This document shows positions 1 through 9,549 of a stretch of DNA of 64,000 bases, piece after piece; within the stretch, counting starts at the first letter, position 1, and the number at the start of each line of letters is the position of its first letter. Source of the DNA: Betaproteobacteria bacterium (lineage in GTDB: Bacteria; Pseudomonadota; Gammaproteobacteria; Burkholderiales; SG8-41). The stretch covers positions 15,007-79,006 of the forward strand of contig JAHFRL010000007.1 in NCBI GenBank assembly GCA_023266235.1. Reading direction: 5' to 3'. Made by a program: the position numbers and the translations under genes. The notes beneath the pieces are model-generated. The model had not been told where the DNA came from. It did not search any database and was given only the letters and a program-made list of their open reading frames with translations.

Positions 1-496
1 GAGCGAGCGCGAAGTCCGGCTTGAGTTGCAGCGCCGCGTGCAAATGAGCGAGCGCGTCGCCGAATTGCTTCTGCTCTTCGCACAGCTTTGCGTAGCCGTG
101 GTGCGCCTCGGCGTAATCGGGTTGCAAGCGCAGAGCGGTCTCGAAGTTGCGACGCGCCTCGGCGTAACGCTTGCAGTCGAGGTCGACGACACCGAGATAA
201 AACCAGGCCGCGGCCAAATCCGGCTTGAAAGTTACAGCCAGCAGCAGGCAGTCGCCGGCATCCTCGAGCTGCGATTGCTTGCGCATTATGAGGCCGAGAT
301 AAAAATGCGCTTCCGCCAGATCATGTTTGAGTTCGAGCGCGTGCCTGAAAGCCCGTGCCGCCGGCTCCAGCTGGCCGCGTTGAAAATGTTCCATACCCTG
401 AATATAGGCTGCTGCGGCCTGCTCGTGCGTCGACGCCAGCGTTGCGTCCGGCACAGCCGCCCGGTTTGGCGCGGGCGCGGAGCCAAACCAGCGCAT
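1..496 (-). CDS. TPR-repeat protein, N-terminal part (gene runs off the left edge)
   Basis: My own minus-strand translation from ATG 496-494 gives MRWFGSAPAPNRAAV...AYIQGMEHFQRGQLEPAARAFRHALELKHDLAEAHFYLGLIM...AAAWFYLGVVDLDCKRYAEA...AEAHHGYAKL, i.e. consecutive TPR units. The start shares one base with the TGA of the upstream gene (TGATG). It is missing from the ORF track because it is open at the edge. The + ORF 26..637 is its antisense shadow. Confidence 0.7.
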   Translation of the reverse strand, partial: MRWFGSAPAPNRAAVPDATLASTHEQAAAAYIQGMEHFQRGQLEPAARAFRHALELKHDLAEAHFYLGLIMRKQSQLEDAGDCLLLAVTFKPDLAAAWFYLGVVDLDCKRYAEARRNFETALRLQPDYAEAHHGYAKLCEEQKQFGDALAHLHAALQLKPDFALA

Positions 497-2286
497 CAGG
501 CGGTCGAGCACGCCGCAAAATCCGTGCGCAAGCTGTGGGCAACCTGCTGCATCACTGGAATCCAGTCGCGCGGCTGCACTTGTCTGAACAGGCGCGCGGA
601 TGGATACCACGGCGTCGCATTCCCGCTGTGCGGATAACGCCACTCGGCGCTGAATGGCAGCAGCACCCATAGCGGCTGGCCGAGCGCACCGGCCAGGTGC
701 GCGACGGTGTTGTCGACGCTGATCACGAGATCGAGCGCCGAAATCACGGCCGCAAGCTCGTCGAGATTGCTTGCCGCGTCCCCCGCCTCGCGGACCGCAA
801 CGTGGTGGCGGTCGCGCAGTTCCAGCAGCTCGGCTTTGCAATCGCCGTACTGCAGGCTGACAAATTCAAATTCCCGCTGTCCAATTACCGGTATCCAGTC
901 CGCCAGCTGCGTGGAGCGTAACAATTGCCGGTTGCGCAAGGTGCCGCCGCGCCACGCGATGCCGATGCGGACCGGCTTGCCGGGCGTATCGAGTATGCGG
1001 CGCCAGCCCTCAATGCGCGCGGGATCCGCCATCAGGTAACCGCCGCGTGCGGGAAAGTCCACGCGCGCGCGCCGGAAATGCGCAGGCAGCGACCCGATGG
1101 GTGTCTGGTAATCGAGCTGCGGAAGCGCACTGACCCAGTCCCGGTCCTCGTTCTTGTCGGCGCCGCGCACCGTCGCCGGCGTGAAAGAGCGCGCGAACAG
1201 ACCAGCCAAACGCGGGTTGCACTCGATCACGCAATGCCCCGCTACTGCCAGCAGATCGGGGACGCAGGACGCGAACATGATTTCATCGCCGAGGCCCTGC
1301 TCCGCGAACACCAGCACGCATGTTTCCCGGAGCGGTTCGCCGCGCCACGCGGGAACACCAAAATCGCGCAGCGGCGTCTCGGTAGCGGCAAAGCGCTGCT
1401 CGTATGCGGCCCAGCCCGCAACGTAGTCCCCGCGCATCAGCAGTGCATAGCAGCGGTTAATCACGGCGTCGCCGAATTGTGGGCGCTGCGCGAGCACGGC
1501 GTCGTAGGCCTGAATCGCCGCATCGAGCTGCCCGAGGTCACGTAGCGCGTGGGCGATGCAGGTACGCGTTTCCAGCGTGCCCGGCTTGAGCGTGAGTGCG
1601 CGCTGAAAACTTTGCAGCGCTTCGGCAGGATAGCCGGTTTCAAGCTGCAACAATCCGAGATTGTGGTGGGCCTCGGCAAAATCCGGCTGGCCGGCAAGCA
1701 GCATGGCATAAGCCTGGTACGACTCCGCGTACTGCCCCAGCCTGAACAGCACAAAAGCGAGCTGGCAGGCGGCGTCCGCATTGGCAGCGTCGCGCTCGAG
1801 TGCGGCACGATAAGCCGCCGTCGCCGGCGCCAGTTCGCCGCGCGCCTTCAATACATTGCCGAGGTGTAACCAAGTGACGGCCGAAGCGGGTTCCAGCGCC
1901 AGCGCCTGGCGGCACGCCGCTTCCGCCGCTTCGTATCGGCGCAGCGCAAGCAACGCGGCGCCCAGGCTCGCGTAGGCCGGCGCCAGCCGCGGGGAAAAAT
2001 GAATGGCGAGGTGCAGGCAATCGACGGCATCCTCGGCATGCCCCTGATCGAGATAAACCAGGCCCAGATTATGGTGCGCCTCAGCGCAGTCGTGCTCGAG
2101 TTCGATCGCCCGCACCAGGCTGCGCTGCGCATCGGCATATTCGCCGCGCAGGCGCTGCCGCACGCCCTGCGCGCTCAACTCGGCCGCAGTTGCATCATGC
2201 CTGCCGTCGGCGGCGGCGCGCGCCGCGTTTTTCGCATCAGGCGCAGCCGCCTGCCGTCCGAACTTCGCCAGGAGTCCCCGCAACAT
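496..2286 (-). CDS. TPR-repeat protein with C-terminal GT9 (heptosyltransferase-like) glycosyltransferase domain, paralogue 1
   Basis: ORF 496..2460. TPR units include AEAHHNLGLVYLDQGHAEDA and AEAHHNLGLLQLETGYPAEA. The C-terminal ~300 aa carry VFAEQGLGDEIMFASCVPDLL and LVISVDNTVAHLAGALGQPLWVLLP, a pattern I recognise as GT9/GT-B. I moved the start to ATG 2286 (MLRGLLAKFGR) because the upstream gene ends at 2306. Confidence 0.8.
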   Translation of the reverse strand: MLRGLLAKFGRQAAAPDAKNAARAAADGRHDATAAELSAQGVRQRLRGEYADAQRSLVRAIELEHDCAEAHHNLGLVYLDQGHAEDAVDCLHLAIHFSPRLAPAYASLGAALLALRRYEAAEAACRQALALEPASAVTWLHLGNVLKARGELAPATAAYRAALERDAANADAACQLAFVLFRLGQYAESYQAYAMLLAGQPDFAEAHHNLGLLQLETGYPAEALQSFQRALTLKPGTLETRTCIAHALRDLGQLDAAIQAYDAVLAQRPQFGDAVINRCYALLMRGDYVAGWAAYEQRFAATETPLRDFGVPAWRGEPLRETCVLVFAEQGLGDEIMFASCVPDLLAVAGHCVIECNPRLAGLFARSFTPATVRGADKNEDRDWVSALPQLDYQTPIGSLPAHFRRARVDFPARGGYLMADPARIEGWRRILDTPGKPVRIGIAWRGGTLRNRQLLRSTQLADWIPVIGQREFEFVSLQYGDCKAELLELRDRHHVAVREAGDAASNLDELAAVISALDLVISVDNTVAHLAGALGQPLWVLLPFSAEWRYPHSGNATPWYPSARLFRQVQPRDWIPVMQQVAHSLRTDFAACSTA

Positions 2287-2305
2287 CGTGAGGATGATTC
2301 CGATC

Positions 2306-2956
2306 TCAGGTACCGCTGACCTGCTGCGCGCGAGCCGCGGCATTTTCGTGGTCACCGTGAGCTTCGACCAGGAGCTTCCAGGTGACGCCTGGATGATCTC
2401 TGGCGGCCACCCCGAACAGCGCTCTCCACCACTCCAGCGGGCGCACGGTACAGTGCGCATTTTCGCCGTTGGGCAAAGTAGTCAACGCGGGGTAGCACGC
2501 AACGCTGGCAAACACGAAGCGGGTCGCGTAGCCGAATATCTCGGCAACGATCCAGGGCACATCCTGCTCCGGGCAATGCTCGAGTACATCGGTTGAGATC
2601 ACACCGTCGAACGTCCCCTCTGGCAGGTTGCTGTAACGTGCATAGCACGGGTCGTAACAGCAAACCTCGTCCACATCCCAGTAATCGATCACGCCGTCCC
2701 AGGTGCCCTCGCCCGGAATGGCGATTTTTCCGGGCCCGTATTGGTAACCCTTGCCGCATCCGTAATCAAGGAGGGTGCGGGCTCCCGTGCTGTCGATCAG
2801 AGCCTTGATGCGTTTGGCGTGTGGCAACATGCTGGCGCCGGGGTAAGTTTCGTCAGCGGACAGACCGAGCCGCTGTTCGCCCTCACTGTGCAGACGGCGA
2901 TATAACACCGTCAGTTCCTGGTAACGGGGGCTGGGGTTGTGCCGGGTAAATATCAT
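2306..2956 (-). CDS. class I SAM-dependent methyltransferase (paralogue of 9550..10206)
   Basis: LLDYGCGKGYQYGPG (GxGxG motif I) and DGVISTDVLEHCPEQDVPWIV. ATG 2956 was chosen by alignment with the paralogue (MIFTRHNPSPRY vs MNYSRTNPSSRY). The track start at 3016 is a TTG. Confidence 0.8.
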   Translation of the reverse strand: MIFTRHNPSPRYQELTVLYRRLHSEGEQRLGLSADETYPGASMLPHAKRIKALIDSTGARTLLDYGCGKGYQYGPGKIAIPGEGTWDGVIDYWDVDEVCCYDPCYARYSNLPEGTFDGVISTDVLEHCPEQDVPWIVAEIFGYATRFVFASVACYPALTTLPNGENAHCTVRPLEWWRALFGVAARDHPGVTWKLLVEAHGDHENAAARAQQVSGT

Positions 2957-3086
2957 ATCGGTCCAGTCTTGTTTCTCAACAAACGGTCGCGCCGCAGCGA
3001 ATCCGGAAATTTTCAATCAGGGTTGCCGCCTCATCTTTGCACAGGGAGGTAATCACGGCAAGTAATGGCCGGAATGCCGGAGCCTG

Positions 3087-4718
3087 CTATCCGAAGTTCA
3101 GCGGCCGGCCATAAGCCTGCTTGGCCAATTGCGCGACCGCACCTGCCTCGCGCACGCTGGCAAGCCGGTTCAGGTCGCGGTTACCGCCGCCCGCGACCAG
3201 CTCAGCCGTCGCCTCGATCTCCTGCCGGGAATCGTAAACGGCGTAGAAGTGATACCCGTGCTGCCGCAGCAATGCGCTGAGCCGGGCTTGACTCTGGCCG
3301 CCCACGACCTCGATCAGCAAATCCGGACGGCACCTGGCTATGGTCTGCTGCATGCCGGTGACCGCCGCATGTTCGCTGCCTTCGATGTTCACTTTAACAA
3401 GGCTGACATGCTCGATTTGATTGTGCTCGACATAAGCATCGATGCGCATGCAGTTCACCGCTTGCCCGGCCAGCGGCTGACGCTCGCGGGACGCGCTGCT
3501 GGCGCCGGTTCCCGCGACACACTCGCCCGGGTAAATTTCGAGCGCAACGATCCCTTCGACATCCGCTGCCGCGGCACTGATCGGGTGGATGTTCTTGCAG
3601 CCGTTGAGGCTGATATTGACGCACATCCTTGCGTAATGCTCGGCCCGCGGCTCGAAGCAATGAATGTGTGCGCTGGCCGCTGCCCGCGCCGCCAGCAGAC
3701 CGAAGAAACCGTTGCCGGCGCCGGTATCCAGGATAATGTTTGCGGGCTTTGCCAGCGCCTGCCATAAAGCGGTCGACAGCGGCGCGTATTCGCCGGTCCA
3801 GGCGAGGCTCGCGCAGACCCGATCGTCATTGTTGGTATAAAGGACGAAACTCCCGCCCTCGTAGCCGGTCACGTCAAAATGACCGCGGAACGGCATTTGC
3901 CGCGACAACTCGACATAGTTGTCGCTGTTTGCCAGTTCACGCTGACGACAGAAATCCTGCAGTTCCGCAACGCGCGCGTTTTTCAGTCCGATGCTGCGAA
4001 CCGACGGCGCCAGCAGATTGTGGTGCCTGCGCTCTTCCAGCAGCCTGCTGCGCACTGCGGCCCCCCATTCTTCCGCGGTTGCGGCTTTCGGTCCGGTCGA
4101 CCGCCGGGAATGCCGGTTGATGAAAAAAACCTTCTGCACCTTCGCGCAACGATGGCTCTCCCACATGCGCAGGTAATAATCGAAGTCCTCGCCGACGTTC
4201 ATGTCTTCGTTGAACCGGACCTCGCGCGCGCTGCTCGCCCGCGCGAAGTGCCCCATCTGCAACGTCAGGAACGGATCGAACAGCAGCAGCTCGTCAAACG
4301 AGCCGAGTGTAATGACCTGCGGCACCCGCAGGTGCGGCTCGCTTGCGGTGGGCGACTGCCCGACGATCAGGCCCCACACCGCGTCGAAGTCCACAACGTA
4401 GGGGCCCATGTCTGCAAACGCGCTCTGTGCCATCAGATCATCGGCGTCGAGAAAAAACAACCAATCAGCACCGAACTCGGCGGCGCGCTGGATACCGATG
4501 TTTCTGGCGCGGCTGCGGCCAAGTTTGCCCGTGCTATCGTCGACCGCGACATGACGGAAGCCGACAAATGGCCCGCGGTTGCTGTGCCAGGCTTGGTCTA
4601 CCGAAGCTTTGCATTCCTCGTAGAGACCCGCGTGCCCAGGCCCGATGGGCGTTATCACGGCGCAGATCAACCCTTTGCCGGAGCCGCGGAACAGCTTTTT
4701 TACCGTATCAAACATCAT
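3087..4718 (-). CDS. fusion protein: N-terminal GT2-type (GT-A) glycosyltransferase, C-terminal FkbM-family methyltransferase
   Basis: The N-terminal part has ICAVITPIGPGHAGLYEECKASV and WLFFLDADDLM (DxD). The C-terminal ~250 aa have IILDTGAGNGFFGLLAARAA, CFEPRAEHYARMCVNISLNG and VSLVKVNIEGSEHAAV, the same pattern as the stand-alone FkbM gene at 12191..13036. Confidence 0.75.
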   Translation of the reverse strand: MMFDTVKKLFRGSGKGLICAVITPIGPGHAGLYEECKASVDQAWHSNRGPFVGFRHVAVDDSTGKLGRSRARNIGIQRAAEFGADWLFFLDADDLMAQSAFADMGPYVVDFDAVWGLIVGQSPTASEPHLRVPQVITLGSFDELLLFDPFLTLQMGHFARASSAREVRFNEDMNVGEDFDYYLRMWESHRCAKVQKVFFINRHSRRSTGPKAATAEEWGAAVRSRLLEERRHHNLLAPSVRSIGLKNARVAELQDFCRQRELANSDNYVELSRQMPFRGHFDVTGYEGGSFVLYTNNDDRVCASLAWTGEYAPLSTALWQALAKPANIILDTGAGNGFFGLLAARAAASAHIHCFEPRAEHYARMCVNISLNGCKNIHPISAAAADVEGIVALEIYPGECVAGTGASSASRERQPLAGQAVNCMRIDAYVEHNQIEHVSLVKVNIEGSEHAAVTGMQQTIARCRPDLLIEVVGGQSQARLSALLRQHGYHFYAVYDSRQEIEATAELVAGGGNRDLNRLASVREAGAVAQLAKQAYGRPLNFG

Positions 4719-4775
4719 GCGGATACGCGGTTGTGCACTTGGCCATCAATTTTTCGCCCGATTGACTGCGCCGCG

Positions 4776-6557
4776 TTACCGGCGCTCCAAGCGGCCGAGC
4801 CCGGCGGTGACGGATTCGATTACCGGCAGCCAATCCCCGGGACGGGTTTGGCGCAACAGCTTTACTGAGGGGTACCAGGGCATCCGCTCGCCGCGCCACC
4901 CGTAGCGCCAGTCAGGCGCGTGTGACAATAATACCCAGCAACGCTGCCCCAGCGCGCCAGCCAAATGCACGATAGTGTTGTCGACACTAATGACCAGGTC
5001 AAGCGCGGCGATCAGCGCTGCCAGCTCGTCAGTGTCCTGCAGCGCCTGCGGCCACCATGCAAGACCCGCGCCCAACCCCTGCGCCGCGGCCACGGCGTCG
5101 GCGCAATCGCCGCGCTGCATGCACACGAATTGACAGCTGCGCGACTTCAACCATGGCGAACACTGGTCAAACGTGAGCGAGCGTATCGCCTCGCGCGTCT
5201 TGAGCGTACCGCCGCGCCAACTCAACCCGACGTTGAGCTTGCCGTTGCGTTCGGACAGTCGGGACTTCCACTCAGCGACGCGGGCAGGATCGGCAACAAG
5301 ATAGCCGTGGTGCTGCGGAAAATCGGCCGCGCGCCGGCGCAGAAAGCGCGGCAAACTGCCGATCGCGCTCTGGCGGTCGAGCTGCGGATGCGCGCGCAAC
5401 CAGCCGCGCTCTGCGTCGCGCGGCGCACCCTGCACGGCCGCCGCCGGAAACGAACGTTGAAACAGTCCGGCGAGCCGCCCATCGCATTCGAGAACAACGC
5501 CGCCAGCAAGCCGCAGCAGATCCGGCACGCACGATGCGAACATGATCTCGTCACCCAACCCCTGCTCGCCGTAAACCAGAATGTGGCGTCCGCCAAGATC
5601 GCCCCCACCCCACTCCGGCAGCGGAAAACGGCGCCTGACGTCGCGGCCACCCCGGGTGTGGCGTAATTCGTAATCCGCCCAGCCGCGCTCAAAGTCGCCT
5701 TGATACAAATGTGCGATCGCGCGATTCCAGCGATATTCGATGACCTCCGGATGCGCGGCGATCAAGCGCTCGTAGTGCGCTAATGCGGCGCTGAATTGTC
5801 CTTGCTCCTGCAGGGCGATACCCAGATTGGCCTGGGCGGCAACCGAATCGGGGCACAATCTGATTGCGCGCTCGAACCACTGCTGTGCGTTCGCCGCATC
5901 GCCCAGTTGCGCCAGATGGATCAACCCCAGATTCACCATCGCGGCATGCTGCTCTGGATCAAGCTCGGCCGCGCGGCGATACGAGTCGAGCGCCGCCTGC
6001 GTGTCGCCGGCGCGATTCGTGGATAGCCCTAGCTCAAAATGAAGATCGGCGTTGTTTGGCGCCATTCGCAGCGCGCGCTGCAGGCAGGCGATCGATTTCT
6101 CGATTGCGTTGGCGGCGCGCAGCAACCTGGCCATGCCGTGCAGCGCACGCACGTCATCCGGCGCGTGCGCCAGCGCGATCTCGAAGCAGTCGCGCGCCTG
6201 TTCGTGGTCGCCGAGTTCGAGACTGGTCTCGCCCTGCCCGAGCAAGGCGTCGACATACTCCGGTTCGAGCTCGGCGGCGCGCTCGAAACTTGCGCGCGCC
6301 GTCTCGAGTTGCCCGGACGCCCGCAACGCCGCGCCTAACGCGTGGTGCGCGACCGCGAAATCCGGACGCAGATGCAATGCCGTCTGGAAGTGCTTCACCG
6401 CGAACGGAAGATCGCTGCGCGCCAGCGCCAAGCTGCCCGCGAGGTGTTCCCAGTCCGCACGGTCGCAGCGCTCCGCGGGGCCGGCGAGCCTGCGTTCAAC
6501 CGCCGCACAATCCGCAGCCGCCAGCGCGTCCAGGCCTTCATGGAGCCACTGCGACAT
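4776..6557 (-). CDS. TPR-repeat protein with C-terminal GT9-like glycosyltransferase domain, paralogue 2
   Basis: ORF 4776..6659. TPR units include DFAVAHHALGAALRASGQLETA and PEYVDALLGQGETSLELGDHEQA. It also has VYGEQGLGDEIMFASCVPDLL and LVISVDNTIVHLAGALGQRCWVLLS. The start is uncertain: TTG 6659 or ATG 6557 (MSQWLHEGL). Confidence 0.75.
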   Translation of the reverse strand: MSQWLHEGLDALAAADCAAVERRLAGPAERCDRADWEHLAGSLALARSDLPFAVKHFQTALHLRPDFAVAHHALGAALRASGQLETARASFERAAELEPEYVDALLGQGETSLELGDHEQARDCFEIALAHAPDDVRALHGMARLLRAANAIEKSIACLQRALRMAPNNADLHFELGLSTNRAGDTQAALDSYRRAAELDPEQHAAMVNLGLIHLAQLGDAANAQQWFERAIRLCPDSVAAQANLGIALQEQGQFSAALAHYERLIAAHPEVIEYRWNRAIAHLYQGDFERGWADYELRHTRGGRDVRRRFPLPEWGGGDLGGRHILVYGEQGLGDEIMFASCVPDLLRLAGGVVLECDGRLAGLFQRSFPAAAVQGAPRDAERGWLRAHPQLDRQSAIGSLPRFLRRRAADFPQHHGYLVADPARVAEWKSRLSERNGKLNVGLSWRGGTLKTREAIRSLTFDQCSPWLKSRSCQFVCMQRGDCADAVAAAQGLGAGLAWWPQALQDTDELAALIAALDLVISVDNTIVHLAGALGQRCWVLLSHAPDWRYGWRGERMPWYPSVKLLRQTRPGDWLPVIESVTAGLGRLERR

Positions 6558-6703
6558 CGGTTTGCTCAAGCGCACTTTTCTGCAACCCCGCCGCCCATCG
6601 GCATTGTGGAATTTCCGTAGCCAGGTCCGCCGCCATCTGGCCGTATTATCAGGCGGCAACTGCTGGAACCATGCGCCCGCACCTCAGGGGTCGCGGCCGT
6701 AAA

Positions 6704-7393
6704 TCAATCCTTGTTTTGCCCGCGCTGATCAACACGCAGCATCGCCTGTCGTTCGTGGCGCCATTCTTCGGCGTATTCGCAATCGCGATACTCGTCGAAA
6801 TACGGCCCCCCCAGCGTATAGTGCACCAGCGACGCGTCCCGGCGCGGCGCGTTGTAACCGACGAGATGATTCCAGCGGTCGGGTAGCTCGCCAATCAGAT
6901 CGTCGCTGGCAAGCCATTTGAACTGATGCAACTCAAGCCCCGACGCGTGGTTCACGTATTCGGGTGTCAAGGCATGGCATTGGGCGTTGTTGAACAACAT
7001 GACACTCGACCAGTTCTTTTTCTGGTAGGCGGTCTGCGGTTGGTCGAGAAACTTCCTGTTTTCTTTCGGCACGTGCACGTGCTTGATTACCATCACCGCG
7101 TAGCGATCGTCACGCGATGCATACAACTTGGCGACATCATCCAGCATCAGCATGTCGCAATCCATGAATACCGACCAGCCGCTGTAATCCGACAGGTAAG
7201 GCGTCAGAAAGCGCGAAAACGAGAAATCGGTCGACTGCAGCGGATGGCGCTCGCGCGTCATGGTCCCCTTCAAACTGGACAGCATCAGCGGAGCGATGCT
7301 GACCGGCTGCGACGAGCGCACCTGTATGCTGTAGGCGAGCACGCTGAATGCCGCGGCTTCCCGCGGATCATAACCAATAAACACTCTTATCAT
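6704..7393 (-). CDS. GT-A fold glycosyltransferase (GT8-like)
   Basis: MIRVFIGYDPREAAAFSVLAYSI, FSRFLTPYLSDY and FMDCDMLMLDD (DxD). ATG 7393-7391 overlaps the TGA 7392-7390 of the upstream gene (ATGA), which suggests translational coupling. The family assignment is from memory only. Confidence 0.6.
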   Translation of the reverse strand: MIRVFIGYDPREAAAFSVLAYSIQVRSSQPVSIAPLMLSSLKGTMTRERHPLQSTDFSFSRFLTPYLSDYSGWSVFMDCDMLMLDDVAKLYASRDDRYAVMVIKHVHVPKENRKFLDQPQTAYQKKNWSSVMLFNNAQCHALTPEYVNHASGLELHQFKWLASDDLIGELPDRWNHLVGYNAPRRDASLVHYTLGGPYFDEYRDCEYAEEWRHERQAMLRVDQRGQNKD

Positions 7394-9234
7394 GTTGCCG
7401 GTCCTTTCTCTGTTGAGGTTTTCGGACCGCACCAACTTGTCCAGATTTGCCGGAAGCGTTCCTCGAGGTGCCGGGTAAAACGTCCCGCGTCGGTGAGCGG
7501 CGAACTCAGCATGCGGTCACGCAGACCGCCGCGCAATGCCCTCAAACTCCCGAGATCGCCGGCGAGTCTCGTCGCGATATTCACGTAATCGTCCACCGAA
7601 CGCGCAATCATACCCGTCAACCCGATGTTCGTGAGCATGCTCACGCCAACCCGCGATACGTGGCTCTTCCCGGCGAGCGTCACCACGGGCAAGCCCATCC
7701 ACAGGGAATGGCAGGTGGTGGTGGTGCCGCCGAAAGGGAACGGGTCGAGCGCAATATCGGCCTGGTGGTGCAACGCCAGAAATTCGCGTAACGGCAATCT
7801 GCCGTGCAACTCGAGGCGCGAGGACTCCACGCCGTGGGCGGCAAACATCCCGCACACCCGCTCACGTGTCCGCCCGGCAGGCAGCGTGGCCAGCAGCAGC
7901 CTCGCGCCGGGTACGGCCGACAGGATCCTGGACCAGGCCTGCACGACCTGCGGCGTGAGCTTGGACAACGCGTTGAACGAGCCGAAAATCAGCCTGCCGG
8001 ATTGCGCCGCCGGCAGATCGTTGACGGCCGGGCTGTCGTCGGGCGGACGGAATACCATGTAGATGTCGGGCATTCTGATCAGCTGCTCGGTGTGCAGGTG
8101 CTCGGTCATGCCCGGCGGGTCCGCGAGCGCATCGGTGATGCGGTAGTCCATCACCGACATGCCGGTGGTGTTCGCATATCCGTTCCAGGTTACCTGGATG
8201 GGTGCCGGCTTGCGCGCGAACACCGGCAGCCGGTTTTTTTTCGTGTGCCCGGTCAGGTCCACCAGGATGTCTATCCTGTCCCTGAGTATCTGTTCTGCCA
8301 GTTCTTCGTCGGTTAAATGCGCGCACTCGCGCCATTCGCTGCTGAATTGCCTCAACCGTGCCGTGTATTCGTCCGCCTGGAGCACATCGGAGTAACAAAA
8401 AATCTGAAACTGCCGCGCATCGTGGCATGCCAGCACCGGCTCGAAAAAATAAGCGACAGCGTGATTCCTGAAGTTCGGTGATACATAGCCGATGCGCAGT
8501 CGGCGGCCGGGCACGGCCTCGTTGGCGTGGTGCGGAATGAACCTCCGCAGGGGCTCGGCGTGGCGGCGCGCCCATTGCAGATGCTCCTCAAAGACCCGTT
8601 GCGGTTCATAGCCTGGATCGAAATTGAGGGCGTAAACGTAGTTGCTGTGCGCCACGACGAACGACGGCCGCAGCGTGGACGCGCGGCGGTAGCAATCGAT
8701 GGCCTCCGCGAGCCTGCCCTCGAGATGCAGCAGATTCCCCAGATTGTAGACGGCCTCGGCGAAATCCGGCCGCAACCCGAGTGCCCTGCGATACGAGAGT
8801 TCCGCTTCATCCAGCCTGCCAGCGGCTGTCAGCGTGTTCCCCAGGCTGCTCAGGGCTTCGGCAAAATCGGGCCTCAAGTCGAGAGCTTTTTCAAAGCACT
8901 GGGTGGCGCACTCGTATTTTCCGAGGGCATTCAGCGCCCCGCCCAGGTTGTAGCACACCTCGGCGGATTGCGGCTGCAGCGAAGTCACGCGTTCGAGCAA
9001 CGCCACCGCCTCGTGATGCCTGCGTTGCAGCATCAAATTGCTCGCGAGCAGATGCATCACATCGGCATGCGGCGGACCCGCCCCGAGCAGCGCCCGGTAG
9101 ATGGTTTCAGCCTCGGCCAAGCGCCCGCTTTGTTGATGCCCGAGCGCGGCGCGCAACTGCTCCTCCATCGGACCCGCCTCGCGCGCGGTTTCGCGCTTGA
9201 GCCTGAACAGCTGTCCGAGCAGGCTTTTCAGCAC
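7390..9234 (-). CDS. TPR-repeat protein with C-terminal GT41 (SPINDLY / O-GlcNAc-transferase-like) domain
   Basis: TPR units in the first ~200 aa. These are followed by RLRIGYVSPNFRNHAVAYFFEPVLACHD, LIFGSFNALSKLTPQVVQAWSRIL and DIALDPFPFGGTTTTCHSLWMGLPVVTLAG, which are typical of bacterial SPY/OGT homologues. The start at 9234 is GTG (MLKSLLGQLFR). Confidence 0.8.
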   Translation of the reverse strand: MLKSLLGQLFRLKRETAREAGPMEEQLRAALGHQQSGRLAEAETIYRALLGAGPPHADVMHLLASNLMLQRRHHEAVALLERVTSLQPQSAEVCYNLGGALNALGKYECATQCFEKALDLRPDFAEALSSLGNTLTAAGRLDEAELSYRRALGLRPDFAEAVYNLGNLLHLEGRLAEAIDCYRRASTLRPSFVVAHSNYVYALNFDPGYEPQRVFEEHLQWARRHAEPLRRFIPHHANEAVPGRRLRIGYVSPNFRNHAVAYFFEPVLACHDARQFQIFCYSDVLQADEYTARLRQFSSEWRECAHLTDEELAEQILRDRIDILVDLTGHTKKNRLPVFARKPAPIQVTWNGYANTTGMSVMDYRITDALADPPGMTEHLHTEQLIRMPDIYMVFRPPDDSPAVNDLPAAQSGRLIFGSFNALSKLTPQVVQAWSRILSAVPGARLLLATLPAGRTRERVCGMFAAHGVESSRLELHGRLPLREFLALHHQADIALDPFPFGGTTTTCHSLWMGLPVVTLAGKSHVSRVGVSMLTNIGLTGMIARSVDDYVNIATRLAGDLGSLRALRGGLRDRMLSSPLTDAGRFTRHLEERFRQIWTSWCGPKTSTEKGPAT

Positions 9235-9325
9235 CGGCGGGCCCTGTCCGCGAAGTCAGGCCAACGGTATCCGGCGCGTTGCATCCCGCTGCGGGGTCCG
9301 GTGGAGCGTGGAGCAGGAGTCCTCA

Positions 9326-9341
9326 CTTGTGGGGATGCGAC
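9326..9341. repeat. short intergenic repeat, motif 1 (CTTGTGGGGATGCGAC)
   Basis: A 16-mer that matches 14186..14201 (CTTGTGGGGATGTGAC) at 15 of 16 positions. Both copies lie in non-coding gaps of the transferase island. Confidence 0.5.
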
Positions 9342-9458
9342 TGTGGAACCAGCCATAAGCGCGTCGCCACCGTCCCTATGCGCGTCTTCACGGTCGATCC
9401 CCAGCCGGTGCCTCTGTTCCGCGCTACGACGCGCACATTCATTGACAAGCCGACAGAA

Positions 9459-9475
9459 CCTGTTCCGCCCTCAGC
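9459..9475. repeat. short intergenic repeat, motif 2 (inverted copy)
   Basis: CCTGTTCCGCCCTCAGC. Its reverse complement GCTGAGGGCGGAACAGG matches 14161..14178 (GCTGAGAGGCGGAACAGG) apart from a 1-nt indel. Confidence 0.5.
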
Positions 9476-9549
9476 GGGCGCAGGGGTGAGAGCCGGGCGA
9501 CGTCAATCATTAACGTAAAGCCCGAAAGACCTGCACGCGCCTGCTCCGG

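Noticed and set aside
26-9489. Long plus-strand ORFs across the transferase island (26..637, 925..1545, 3879..4868, 5864..6886, 6926..7588, 8527..9489)
   Set aside because: All are antisense shadows of minus-strand genes that have clear TPR, GT or methyltransferase motifs. Their products are low-complexity Arg/Ala/Pro-rich strings.
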